Below are positions 9,625-18,393 of a DNA stretch of 35,776 nucleotides, one piece after another (within the stretch, counting starts at the first letter, position 1; each line of letters opens with the position of its first letter). The notes below the pieces were generated by a model. The model was not told the DNA's origin. It ran no database searches and saw only the letters and a list, made by a program, of their open reading frames with translations. The stretch is from a virus (lineage: Duplodnaviria > Caudoviricetes), in the IMG/VR virus record IMGVR_UViG_3300037424_002776, positions 1-35,776 of that record; one strand, 5' to 3'. Both the position numbers and the translations under genes were made by a program.

Positions 9625-10212
9625 ATGAAAAAAGACATAGCGCTAAAATTAAAGATTGAAGCTGAGAAGGTGGCTGGAAGATTTTCTATGAAAGATAGAG
9701 AGGGTAATGTAAGTGGAGAAGATTTTTCTTTGAAGAGTTGCTATACCTTATCTGAATACACAGCTTTTGTGAGATTTAACAAGACCACAACCAAGGATGC
9801 TGTGGCCCTATTCTTCTATGACAATGGTTATTGGAACTACTTCTTCCCAACAGACAATCATATATTTGGGTTCAGATGCTTCGAGATAATTAGAGTGACT
9901 GGTCAAACATGGGGCGTTGTCAATGATATATTGGATATTGAAAATTTTAGAACTAAGGTAAAGGAAAGTCTAATTAATAAACCAGGTATGAAATTTAGTG
10001 GACATATGTTCATGACAAATGATACAGCTGCAATTAGATATGAGGATGAGCATGGTAACAAAGAGCTCACATTCTTCTACTACATACACAAAGGTATGAG
10101 TAAGGGATGGAGATATTTCACTCCAAATGAGAGTCACATAAATGGATTTAGATTGTTTGAACTTGAAAAATTCAGTGTAGAAAAAGAAAATTACGATAAA
10201 AATTTTATTTAA
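9625..10212 (+). CDS. Hypothetical protein with an internal domain duplication
   Basis: FFY..WNYFFPTDNHIFGFRCFE repeated as FFY..WRYFTPNESHINGFRLFE. Confidence 0.8.
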   Translation: MKKDIALKLKIEAEKVAGRFSMKDREGNVSGEDFSLKSCYTLSEYTAFVRFNKTTTKDAVALFFYDNGYWNYFFPTDNHIFGFRCFEIIRVTGQTWGVVNDILDIENFRTKVKESLINKPGMKFSGHMFMTNDTAAIRYEDEHGNKELTFFYYIHKGMSKGWRYFTPNESHINGFRLFELEKFSVEKENYDKNFI

Positions 10213-10332
10213 AGAGTTCGATGCTTGGAAGTTAGATGCAGAACGGGTTGATGATGTGTGTGTTGCCATAATAAAAACTTAAAAACCATCAACATATTTG
10301 AGATTCTAACATATTTATAGAAAAAAACAAAT

Positions 10333-10974
10333 ATGTTAGTAGCAATAAAGTCTAAAAAAATCTCTAAAGTACTTACTTTAAATAATAAGAGCGAAAGAGT
10401 ATTAATCAACATCCCACTTAACGATTGGGTTATTATTGAGACAATCACAAATGTTTCATCAATATTAAACTATGACTCAATCACATCTAATGGTGGTGAG
10501 GTATATTCATCAGAGTGGAGAACTATTCCTCCATTTGGAACAGAAGGGCGAGTTAAATATGTTAGAAGTAATAATTCTGGAGGATTTGCCTCAGCAATTG
10601 ATGTTATTTTTTCTGATATAAAGGCTCAATCAAGAGATGCTGCTTCTGAAAAATTGATAGATGCAAATGATGTAATCGACAAGGTAATTCAAAAAAGAGA
10701 ATCTATCGAGATAATAGAATACTTCCAAAAAAACATAGAGGCTCTAAGCAATAGGGCAGCTTATTTAAAGTCACTTAAAGACAGTGGTGCAATTGATAAC
10801 GACTCATATAAAAGAAGTGTTTATAGCATTGGCTTGGATTTTATTGGAAATATAAATGCTAAAGTTTACGATTTTATTGGAGCAACCATTAGAGAAGATT
10901 TGTCTGAATTTAATAAATTAAGTGTTAGCAGGTCAAGTGATATTGGTTCAGGAGGAAGGGACGCTGGTAGATAA
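10333..10974 (+). CDS. Hypothetical protein
   Basis: 213-aa ORF with an A-rich leader preceded by TATTTATA. Confidence 0.75.
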   Translation: MLVAIKSKKISKVLTLNNKSERVLINIPLNDWVIIETITNVSSILNYDSITSNGGEVYSSEWRTIPPFGTEGRVKYVRSNNSGGFASAIDVIFSDIKAQSRDAASEKLIDANDVIDKVIQKRESIEIIEYFQKNIEALSNRAAYLKSLKDSGAIDNDSYKRSVYSIGLDFIGNINAKVYDFIGATIREDLSEFNKLSVSRSSDIGSGGRDAGR

Positions 10975-10984
10975 GGTGGATTGT

Positions 10985-11010
10985 AACATTTTTTATTTAA
11001 GTTCGTATAA
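10985..11010 (+). promoter_or_regulatory. AAC-N16-CGTAT promoter upstream of the SPFH gene
   Basis: AACAttttttatttaagttCGTATAA. Confidence 0.85.
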
Positions 11011-11044
11011 TAGCCTCAAAACTTTATTAACTTAAATTAAAATT

Positions 11045-11992
11045 ATGTCAATCGTATCTATTATTATTCTTTCAGTGCTCGGCTTATTCAGCCTTGTAGC
11101 AATAGCACTCACGGTGGTTACAACTAATCAAAAAGAAGTCAAAGTTATTGAGAGATTCGGTAAATTTGTAGGAATTAGACGTTCAGGTCTAACTTTTAAG
11201 GTCCCGTTTGTTGATACAGTGGCCTATGTTCAGAGTCTTCGTATTGATGAGCTCACAGTTAATGTAGAGACAATCACAAAGGACAAAGTATCAGTCCACA
11301 TTAAAGTTGCAGTCCAATACTATGTCAAGGACAATGATGAGTCTATTCAAAATGCTGTTTATGAGTTATCTGACTTCGAGCAACAAATCCAATCTTACAT
11401 CTTCAATGAAATTCGTGCCGAGGTTCCAAAGAAAGAACTTGACCAAGTTTATGAGAACAAGGAGGACATCGAGAATGCAGTTAAAAAACAATTATCTGGA
11501 GCCATAGAGAAATATGGATACGTTATCCAAAATGCTCTTGTGGTTGACATTGCGCCAGACAAAGGTGTAAAAGAAGCAATGAACAGAATCAACGCTGCTG
11601 CCAGAGATAGAAAAGCTGCTGAGGAAGAGGGTGAGGCTGCTAAGATTCGTGCAGTTAAGGCTGCTGAGGCTGAGGCTGAATCAAAAAAACTTCAAGGGCA
11701 AGGTATTGCCGACCAACGTGACGCAATCATAAAAGGATTTCAGGAATCAATTGGAGCTTTCTCTGAGAAGACTGGAATTAGTCAAGACTTGGTGATGAGA
11801 TTCGTTGAGATTACTCAATACTTTGATACCATGCGAGAAATTGCAAAAGATAATGACAATGTTATCTTCATGCCACACTCCGCTACTGGAGCAGGTATAA
11901 TTCAAGATTACACTGCTGCTGGAATTGCTTCGGATAAAATTAATGTGGGCGGAAAAGGTAAAGGAAAACAACCAGAATTACTTCAGGGTTAA
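11045..11992 (+). CDS. SPFH/band-7 domain membrane protein
   Basis: N-terminal TM; VIERFGKF, VETITKDKV, AEAEAESKKLQGQGIADQR, TQYFDTM. Confidence 0.92.
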   Translation: MSIVSIIILSVLGLFSLVAIALTVVTTNQKEVKVIERFGKFVGIRRSGLTFKVPFVDTVAYVQSLRIDELTVNVETITKDKVSVHIKVAVQYYVKDNDESIQNAVYELSDFEQQIQSYIFNEIRAEVPKKELDQVYENKEDIENAVKKQLSGAIEKYGYVIQNALVVDIAPDKGVKEAMNRINAAARDRKAAEEEGEAAKIRAVKAAEAEAESKKLQGQGIADQRDAIIKGFQESIGAFSEKTGISQDLVMRFVEITQYFDTMREIAKDNDNVIFMPHSATGAGIIQDYTAAGIASDKINVGGKGKGKQPELLQG

Positions 11993-12010
11993 AACTTGAA
12001 ATACATATTG

Positions 12011-12041
12011 AAAAATGCCTCCATAAATGGGGGCATTTTTT
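12011..12041 (+). terminator. Intrinsic terminator
   Basis: aaaaatgcctccataaatgggggcatttttt: hairpin plus U-tract. Confidence 0.85.
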
Positions 12042-12043
12042 GT

Positions 12044-12069
12044 AACATTAATTTTCTTCTTACGTATAA
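12044..12069 (+). promoter_or_regulatory. AAC-N16-CGTAT promoter upstream of thg1
   Basis: AACAttaattttcttcttaCGTATAA. Confidence 0.85.
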
Positions 12070-12088
12070 CATTTAATTATTGTATACT

Positions 12089-12916
12089 ATGAATTTTGAA
12101 ACAATGGGCGATTGGTGTAAGTGGCTTGAGAGAAATTTCTCTCCTGATGTCATGATTCCAACATTGCCAGTCATCATCAGATTGGATGGTAACAACTTTA
12201 GTAAGTGGACGGTTGGGCTTGAGAAGCCTTTTGATGAGAAGTTAAACCAACTGATGACTGAGACTACTCAATTTTTGGTTGAGGAGACCAACGCTGTTGT
12301 AGGATACACTCAAAGCGATGAGATTACTATTATCCTTTATTCTCCTGATAGAAAAAGTGCTATCTACAATGATGGGAAAAAGCAAAAGATTCTATCTAAG
12401 TTAACAAATAAGCTTGGAAACTTCTTTAACGACAGAAGAAAAGAACTCCTTCCAGACCACAATAAGAACGCTGTGTTTGATGCACGTATTTATCAAACTC
12501 CAACATTACATGATGCAGTGGTTCAATTACTTTGGCGTGAGAATGATGCTGCTAAAAATAGTATCTCAATGCTTGCTCAAAGTCACTTTTCTCACAAATC
12601 CCTTGAAAATCTAAATGGTAGTCAAATGCAAGATAGATTGATGCTTGAGAAAGGTGTTAATTGGAACGACCTACCAGTTAAGTACAAGAGAGGGGTTTAC
12701 ATCAAGAGAATCAAGACTTCTAAACCATTCTCTACAGAGGAGCTTGCAAGTTTGCCTCCAATGCACAATGCTCGCAAGAATCCTGACTTGGTTATCGAGA
12801 GAAGTGTGGTTAAGCCAATCGAATATCCAATTTTTAATAAAATAGAAAACAAGGTAGAGGTTATCTTTGGAGATGCTGAGCCTATACTAAAATCAGAAGA
12901 AAATGAAACAATCTAA
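12089..12916 (+). CDS. thg1: tRNA-His guanylyltransferase Thg1-like 3'-5' polymerase
   Basis: IRLDGNNFSKWT, YTQSDEI, FDAR, WRENDAAKNSI; ATG 12089 (track start is TTG 12080). Confidence 0.92.
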   Translation: MNFETMGDWCKWLERNFSPDVMIPTLPVIIRLDGNNFSKWTVGLEKPFDEKLNQLMTETTQFLVEETNAVVGYTQSDEITIILYSPDRKSAIYNDGKKQKILSKLTNKLGNFFNDRRKELLPDHNKNAVFDARIYQTPTLHDAVVQLLWRENDAAKNSISMLAQSHFSHKSLENLNGSQMQDRLMLEKGVNWNDLPVKYKRGVYIKRIKTSKPFSTEELASLPPMHNARKNPDLVIERSVVKPIEYPIFNKIENKVEVIFGDAEPILKSEENETI

Positions 12917-13316
12917 ATTTTGGTCAATATTGCTTATTGGCTTAGCTTTTACATCTTGTAATTCGGGTGATGCAGAAATAGAAAACACACTCGTTGTAGA
13001 GCAGGTAAATACAAATGACAATCCTGGGTGTAGTGACTGCCTTCAAAGTACATATAAATACAGGGTTAAGCTAAAAACTCATAGTGGTTCTGTGTCTTAT
13101 TATACTGACTATAAGCATGAGGTTGGAGATACACTGGTGTCAATTTTTGAGTTCACTGACAATAGAGAGGGTGTAATTAAGAAAACAGAGTTTATTGTTG
13201 ACTCTTTGACTGAGGTTAACACAAAGCTTCAAAAAAAGAATGATGAACTCACACTCTATAATGAGTTGTTGATGGGAATCATTCAAGATAACGCAAAGAA
13301 AAGTCCAGCAAATTGA
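12903..13316 (+). CDS. Putative lipoprotein
   Basis: Hydrophobic signal with FTSC lipobox; C-terminal coiled coil. Confidence 0.7.
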   Translation: MKQSKFWSILLIGLAFTSCNSGDAEIENTLVVEQVNTNDNPGCSDCLQSTYKYRVKLKTHSGSVSYYTDYKHEVGDTLVSIFEFTDNREGVIKKTEFIVDSLTEVNTKLQKKNDELTLYNELLMGIIQDNAKKSPAN

Positions 13317-13579
13317 AAAAGTCATTAATACTAATATCGGTTGGTGTTTTGAATCTTCTTCATGGCATGTTCCATGTGATTCAATTCATCCAGTCAATGC
13401 TATTGGTTGCTTACTCTGTTGAGGAGCATCATCATGATAGTTGGATTGACCAAATCATGCACCATCCTGTTTTTGCACTTGTCTGGGCAGTGATAGGAAT
13501 TCTAACCTTGGTAATCGGAATCAAGGATTACAGGCATCATAAAAAATGTAATAACGAACACACACATACTCATGAATAA
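13313..13579 (+). CDS. His-rich two-TM membrane protein
   Basis: Two hydrophobic segments; EEHHHD and HTHTHE. Confidence 0.7.
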   Translation: MKKSLILISVGVLNLLHGMFHVIQFIQSMLLVAYSVEEHHHDSWIDQIMHHPVFALVWAVIGILTLVIGIKDYRHHKKCNNEHTHTHE

Positions 13580-14840
13580 AAAAGTAGTAGTACTTGGAGG
13601 TGGGACATTCTCCCACGTAAGAGCTCACCTGGCTCTGGCTGCCCCAGCCTTTGGAACAACAGCAAGACAAATTGCAGAAATGTGTGAAAAGAGATTTGAC
13701 CACATGGACACAGAACTTGTATTGACAAAGATGGCCGACCCTAAGGGTGCTGTTGTTACAAATCAGGATGTAGACAAATTGGTTGACTTAATTATCAATG
13801 ACAACACAATCAAAATCGTATTCTTCAACTTCGCATTGTGTGATTTTGAAGGTAAGATTGGTGATGTTGAGTCTGGTAAACATGCATCAAGACTTGAAAC
13901 TGCCGCAGGAGACGTTTTAATGACGCTCACGTCATCTGAAAAGATTATAGGTAAAATCCGTAAGATAAGAAAGGATATATTCCTGGTGGGCTTTAAAACG
14001 ACTTGTGGAGCAACTGAGCAAGAACAGTTCAGCAAAGGCTTGGACCTTATGAAGAGAACTTCTTGTAACATTGTTCTTGCAAATGACATTGATACACGCA
14101 AGAACTTAATCATCACGCCAGAAGAGGGTGTTTATGGTCGAGACATGACTCGCAAGGAATGTCTTGAGGAATTGGTTGATATTGCTTGGCACAGAACTCA
14201 CTTGTCATTCACACGCTCAACAGTTGTAGGTGGAACTCCAGTTTCATGGAATGATGCTCAAGTGTACCCAGCTCTAAGAGAAGTTGTTAACTTCTGTATC
14301 TCCAAAGGAGCTTACAAAGAGTTTAAGGGAGCAACTACAGGACACTTTGCTGCGAAGCTCGCTCCAAATAAATTCCTAACATCCATTAGAAAAACGAACT
14401 TCAATGACATTGACAAGAATGGAATGGTGATTGTTGAGACGGATGGTGATGATGATGTAATTGCATATGGAGCCAAACCATCAGTTGGTGGTCAGTCTCA
14501 GAGAATAATTTTCGGAAAGTACGGAGATTGTGATTGTATTGTTCACTTTCATTGTCCAGTGAAAAAAGATTCACTTGCAGGAATTCCAGTTGTATCTCAG
14601 AGAGAATTTGAATGTGGGTCACACGCTTGTGGTCAAAATACTGCTGATGGGCTTTCTAAGTTTGGAAAATTATATTGCGTGATGTTGGATAAACACGGAC
14701 CCAATATCGTTTTCAACCATTCAATTGACCCACAAGAGGTTATTAACTTCATTAAAGAGAACTTTGATTTAGGAAAATCTACTTCTGGATTCGAGAAGGT
14801 CTATATCGGTTTTGATAAAGAGATTAAACAACTCTCGTAG
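13572..14840 (+). CDS. CoaB-like (phosphopantothenate-cysteine ligase fold) domain fused to a class II aldolase/adducin-like domain
   Basis: N-half: VVVLGGGT, ALCDF, FLVGFKTT, IVLAND. C-half: TGHFA, KPSVG, CIVHFHCP, HG. Confidence 0.65.
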   Translation: MNKKVVVLGGGTFSHVRAHLALAAPAFGTTARQIAEMCEKRFDHMDTELVLTKMADPKGAVVTNQDVDKLVDLIINDNTIKIVFFNFALCDFEGKIGDVESGKHASRLETAAGDVLMTLTSSEKIIGKIRKIRKDIFLVGFKTTCGATEQEQFSKGLDLMKRTSCNIVLANDIDTRKNLIITPEEGVYGRDMTRKECLEELVDIAWHRTHLSFTRSTVVGGTPVSWNDAQVYPALREVVNFCISKGAYKEFKGATTGHFAAKLAPNKFLTSIRKTNFNDIDKNGMVIVETDGDDDVIAYGAKPSVGGQSQRIIFGKYGDCDCIVHFHCPVKKDSLAGIPVVSQREFECGSHACGQNTADGLSKFGKLYCVMLDKHGPNIVFNHSIDPQEVINFIKENFDLGKSTSGFEKVYIGFDKEIKQLS

Positions 14841-15615
14841 CATACCACCCTATAAATTTTTTATAAGTATTTAGTATATGTTTTGGTGTACTTCTACTAA
14901 TAAAAATTGGTCTACCTCCTTTGCGATATGAAGTATTTAAAGCACTTGTAGGTAGGCCATTTTCTTTGCAAATATTTTTAAAATCTCCATTACAAGTATA
15001 TATTAATTCATTCAAATTATTATAAATATTTATTTTAATAGCGGCAGGATTATCACTACCAGTTTGTTTTCCTTTTCTTTGTTGACTGAGTAATAATTTA
15101 GTTTCTTTTGAGCGTTTACTTCCTGTATTTGCTAAAGCTATTTTTGCAATCACATCTGTTGATAATTTTTTTCCTTTATTCGCCTCACTTTGTTTTTTCT
15201 TTGTCTCTTCAGAAATAACTCTATTACAATTAGCGCTGTATTGAGCTGGAGTCTGTTTTTTACCTTTTCTTTGCTCACTCCAAAGCCTTCTTGTTTCTTC
15301 TGACGCAATTCTACCAGAACTTCCCTCTCCTCCTTCAGTTAGGTTACAAAGAGTTCCAGTTTTAAGGTCAATTCTTCCAAATTTAGATATAAGCTCAATT
15401 TCTAAATTTAGAGCTTCCTGGTCAGATAATTTATCTTGATAAATTTCCACAATAGGCTCCAGGCCAAGCTCATTGATTTTATCAATCTTTCTCTTAAGAA
15501 TTGGATTTTTAGCCCTTGTTTTGTGAAATGAGGCACGCTTTCCAATTCCCTTACCAACATAAATTGGTTCGGCTGGAGTTTTTCTTGGGTCAAGATATAT
15601 GTAAACGTAGGCCAT
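14824..15615 (-). mobile_element. Free-standing GIY-YIG-type homing endonuclease with NUMOD3-like repeats
   Basis: YVYIYLDP..PIYVGKG..R, LCNLTEGGEG, repeated SEET(R/K)..SE..KGKK. Confidence 0.85.
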
Positions 15616-15773
15616 TATTTAATTTCTCCTTTAAGGTCCATTTCTATTAATTGTCTGATTCTATCAGACATTGCAATATCATTTTCAAGGCAGTGAAGCT
15701 TATATTTTTTTCTTATCTCTGTTGTGACCAGAAGATTTATTCTTACTTCTTTATTTCCTTTTTCTATACTCAT
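15615..15773 (-). CDS. Small ribbon-helix-helix-like DNA-binding protein (52 aa, not in the ORF track)
   Basis: MSIEKGNKEVRINLLVTTEIRKKYKLHCLENDIAMSDRIRQLIEMDLKGEIK; TAATG overlap with the endonuclease start. Confidence 0.75.
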   Translation of the reverse strand: MSIEKGNKEVRINLLVTTEIRKKYKLHCLENDIAMSDRIRQLIEMDLKGEIK

Positions 15774-15823
15774 ATATGTAAATATGTAAAAAAATTGATT
15801 TTTAGAGTTTAATTACTTATGTT

Positions 15824-16159
15824 TTGAAAAAACAATTGATTATGTTGCAGGAAAAAGCCAAATTTATTAAGCCAGGAGATTTATTTATAATAACCAGGAC
15901 TCTTGAAGACTTTAATAAATCAGTTATTGAAAAAAAAATATCTGCACCTCTTATGCCAGAAGTTGGAGATATAGTTACGTTTTCTCATTGGAGGCTTCAA
16001 GGTGCTATGAAAGAATATTTTGATGATGGTAAATTTTACTTTAATTGTAAAGAGAGTATGTACGTGCTGGACATTGAAGATGTTGAAATGGCTGAAGAGA
16101 AATATTTATTAGACATAGAAAATTTAATTAGTGATATTAATAAGAAATATTGTATATAA
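15824..16159 (+). CDS. Hypothetical protein
   Basis: ORF track; low-GC block. Confidence 0.6.
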   Translation: MKKQLIMLQEKAKFIKPGDLFIITRTLEDFNKSVIEKKISAPLMPEVGDIVTFSHWRLQGAMKEYFDDGKFYFNCKESMYVLDIEDVEMAEEKYLLDIENLISDINKKYCI

Positions 16160-16434
16160 TGATAACGGAAAACGAATTAAAAAAAATTGGATTTGAATTT
16201 TTACCCAATGATTTGGGTAAAATGTGTTGGAGTCTTTGGGATGAAGAGGTTGACGTGTTTGGTAAGCCATTCATATATCGAGTAATAAAGTTTGATATTG
16301 ATAAACAAATAGCAAAGGCAAGCTTTGGATATTCTGGTCAAGCCAATATAAAATGCAATAATATTAAAGATTTAAAAAAATTTTTAAAATGTATTTCATT
16401 TTTAAGAGATAATCAAATATTAGTTACAAATTAA
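16159..16434 (+). CDS. Hypothetical protein
   Basis: TAATG coupling gives the start MITENELKKIGF. Confidence 0.65.
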   Translation: MITENELKKIGFEFLPNDLGKMCWSLWDEEVDVFGKPFIYRVIKFDIDKQIAKASFGYSGQANIKCNNIKDLKKFLKCISFLRDNQILVTN

Positions 16435-16437
16435 AAT

Positions 16438-16899
16438 ATGAATAATAAAGAGCAAAAAATTGGTGATTTTAAAGTAGAAAAAGTAACAAAGTTCAAAAAA
16501 GTGTCTATACCTATAAGGTGGGAAATTAAAAAAAATAACCAATTCGTTGTTGAATTTGATGACACAGAAATTCAGCATTTTGTTGTAAAAAATGTAAAAA
16601 GACCAGCATATAATGTTAGTACAAACACTTGGGGGGATATAGAATTTGAATTAAATGATTTAGTAGGACCATCAACTTTACAAATGGTGTTTAGTGGAAT
16701 TATAAACAATAAAAACCATAAAAACAAACCATCAAAAATTACTATAAATATGTTTGACCCAGTTGGCGAAATTATTGAATCTTGGATTTTAGAAGGAAGG
16801 TATATAAATATTGAATTTAGTGATTTTGATTATTCAAATAATGAAGATTCAACAATTAAGATAAAATTCAAAATTATTAGTTGCAAATTAATGAATTAA
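16438..16899 (+). CDS. Divergent tail-tube (T4 gp19-like) protein
   Basis: VKNVKRP..WGDIEFELNDLVGPS..ITINMFDPVGEIIESWILEG..FSDFDYS pattern. Confidence 0.6.
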   Translation: MNNKEQKIGDFKVEKVTKFKKVSIPIRWEIKKNNQFVVEFDDTEIQHFVVKNVKRPAYNVSTNTWGDIEFELNDLVGPSTLQMVFSGIINNKNHKNKPSKITINMFDPVGEIIESWILEGRYINIEFSDFDYSNNEDSTIKIKFKIISCKLMN

Positions 16900-16902
16900 G
16901 TT

Positions 16903-17277
16903 ATGAGAAGAAAAGTTTTTAGAATAAGAGTGTAAAGAGTCCCAGAATCGGGTATTGAAAGATTTTTACCTGAAGATAAAAGAAAGTGGGAACCTATACC
17001 GCATTTAATAAGTCATACATTTACTGAAACTTTAGAAGCAGCCAAAGGGATGATTGATACATACCTTCAATGGGAAAAGCATCAATTGAAACCTTATGAC
17101 TATGAATTTATTGATTATCCTGAAAAAAAAGAAGTTTCTATAGATTTTGGTAAATCAGAAAATTTAACTATATCAGATGAGGGTTTTGATTTAAGACTTA
17201 CTATTAGAGCACTTGGAACATTTTCAATTCCAAAGAAGATTTTTTTTGATGGAGTAGAAAAAATAAAAATGTTATAA
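16903..17277 (+). pseudogene. Hypothetical gene interrupted by an in-frame TAA at codon 11
   Basis: ATG 16903 is in frame with ORF 17050-17277; single TAA at 16933-16935. Confidence 0.55.
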
Positions 17278-17318
17278 TTATTTTATTTATATTTTTTTGA
17301 TTATATATTAATGATAAT

Positions 17319-17520
17319 GCCCCTCAAGCTTCTTTGGTGACAGGATTTCTATCTGAACGTGGTTCCACAGAGAACAAGAGAGAAAGCTAAGAAGTCACAA
17401 AGCTCAAATCTGGGGGCTATTTAGAGTTTAAGACAGGGTTTTGATTCTGGAATAGCCGTGGAAACGTTCTCTTCGGATTGAGCACAAGTCGGCAGGATGA
17501 TAAATCTGAGATAGTCTTAA
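17319..17520 (+). ncRNA. Candidate structured ncRNA of two long hairpins with loop-loop complementarity
   Basis: GC-richer non-coding island with nested stems (see findings), followed by a terminator; strand inferred from G-U pairs and terminator position. Confidence 0.6.
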
Positions 17521-17521
17521 G

Positions 17522-17555
17522 AAAAATGAACATCTATAATGGATGTTCATTTTTT
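17522..17555 (+). terminator. Intrinsic terminator (possibly bidirectional)
   Basis: aaaaatgaacatc-tataatg-gatgttcatttttt. Confidence 0.85.
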
Positions 17556-17626
17556 GTTTATTACACTTTTTATTAATATAAAATCTTGATATTTTAGGTA
17601 ATATTGTATATTTATAAAAAGCAAGC

Positions 17627-17652
17627 AACATTGTCTGCTTTTTTTCGTATAA
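17627..17652 (+). promoter_or_regulatory. AAC-N16-CGTAT promoter upstream of the T9SS-like gene
   Basis: AACAttgtctgctttttttCGTATAA. Confidence 0.8.
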
Positions 17653-17673
17653 GATAAAAATTGAGATTAATAA

Positions 17674-18360
17674 ATGAAAAATTTAATTTTAATAATAATT
17701 ATGTCATTAATGGCATATTTATGTTATTCACAATGCCCTGGTAATTTAACAAGCAATAATGGTGGAAGCAATATTACAGTATATGTTTACGATTCTAATT
17801 TTAATGTTATTGATACAATTATATGCGTTCAAGCTGGGCAAAGTGGTAATGTAAATTGTAATTTAAGTGGAGGGGGAGTGTATTTTTCTATTGTTGGATA
17901 TAATTGTATTTATGATTCTAATGGTAGTGTAGTGCCAAATGCATTTTTGCCAATTGAATTAATATCATTTGAAGGTTATAATAAATTTTCAAATAATATT
18001 TTGGAGTGGGTTACTGCATCCGAGCATAATAATGATTACTTCACTATAGAGAGAAGTGATGATGGAGAAAATTGGGAAATTATTGGTACCATTGATGGTG
18101 CTGGAAATTCCACTAATATTAAAAGCTATAATTTAGTTGATAATTCCTATAGAAATGTAATAAACTATTATAGATTAAGTCAAACTGATTTTGATGGAAC
18201 TATTAAAACGCACAATATAATTTCAATTGACAACACAGTTAAGGATAAAGTAATTGTTAAGACTGTTAATTTAATTGGTCAAGAAATTGATGATAGCTAT
18301 ACTGGATTGAGAATAGTTATTTTTAGCGATGGCACTTCTATAAAGAAAATTGGAAAATAA
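17674..18360 (+). CDS. Secreted protein with a Bacteroidota LPIEL Ig-like domain and a T9SS-CTD-like tail
   Basis: Signal peptide; LPIELISFEG..LEWVTASEHNNDYFTIERS..YYRLSQTDFDG; C-terminus NLIGQEI..IFSDGTSIKKI. Confidence 0.8.
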   Translation: MKNLILIIIMSLMAYLCYSQCPGNLTSNNGGSNITVYVYDSNFNVIDTIICVQAGQSGNVNCNLSGGGVYFSIVGYNCIYDSNGSVVPNAFLPIELISFEGYNKFSNNILEWVTASEHNNDYFTIERSDDGENWEIIGTIDGAGNSTNIKSYNLVDNSYRNVINYYRLSQTDFDGTIKTHNIISIDNTVKDKVIVKTVNLIGQEIDDSYTGLRIVIFSDGTSIKKIGK

Positions 18361-18393
18361 TTTTTAACCCTTATTTAATTATAAATAAGGGTT

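Noticed and set aside
10211-10282. Coding-like tail (KEFDAWKLDAERVDDVCVAIIKT) after gene 9625-10212, a possible frameshift extension
   Set aside because: Short, no start codon and no convincing slippery site; at most a gene remnant
17455-17470. SRP RNA suggested by the CGT-GGAA-ACG tetraloop
   Set aside because: Lacks the conserved CAGG/AGCAG internal loop of SRP helix 8
17428-17631. 67-aa minus-strand ORF over the structured region
   Set aside because: Non-ATG start, crosses a terminator and promoter, atypical composition; RNA structure explains the region better
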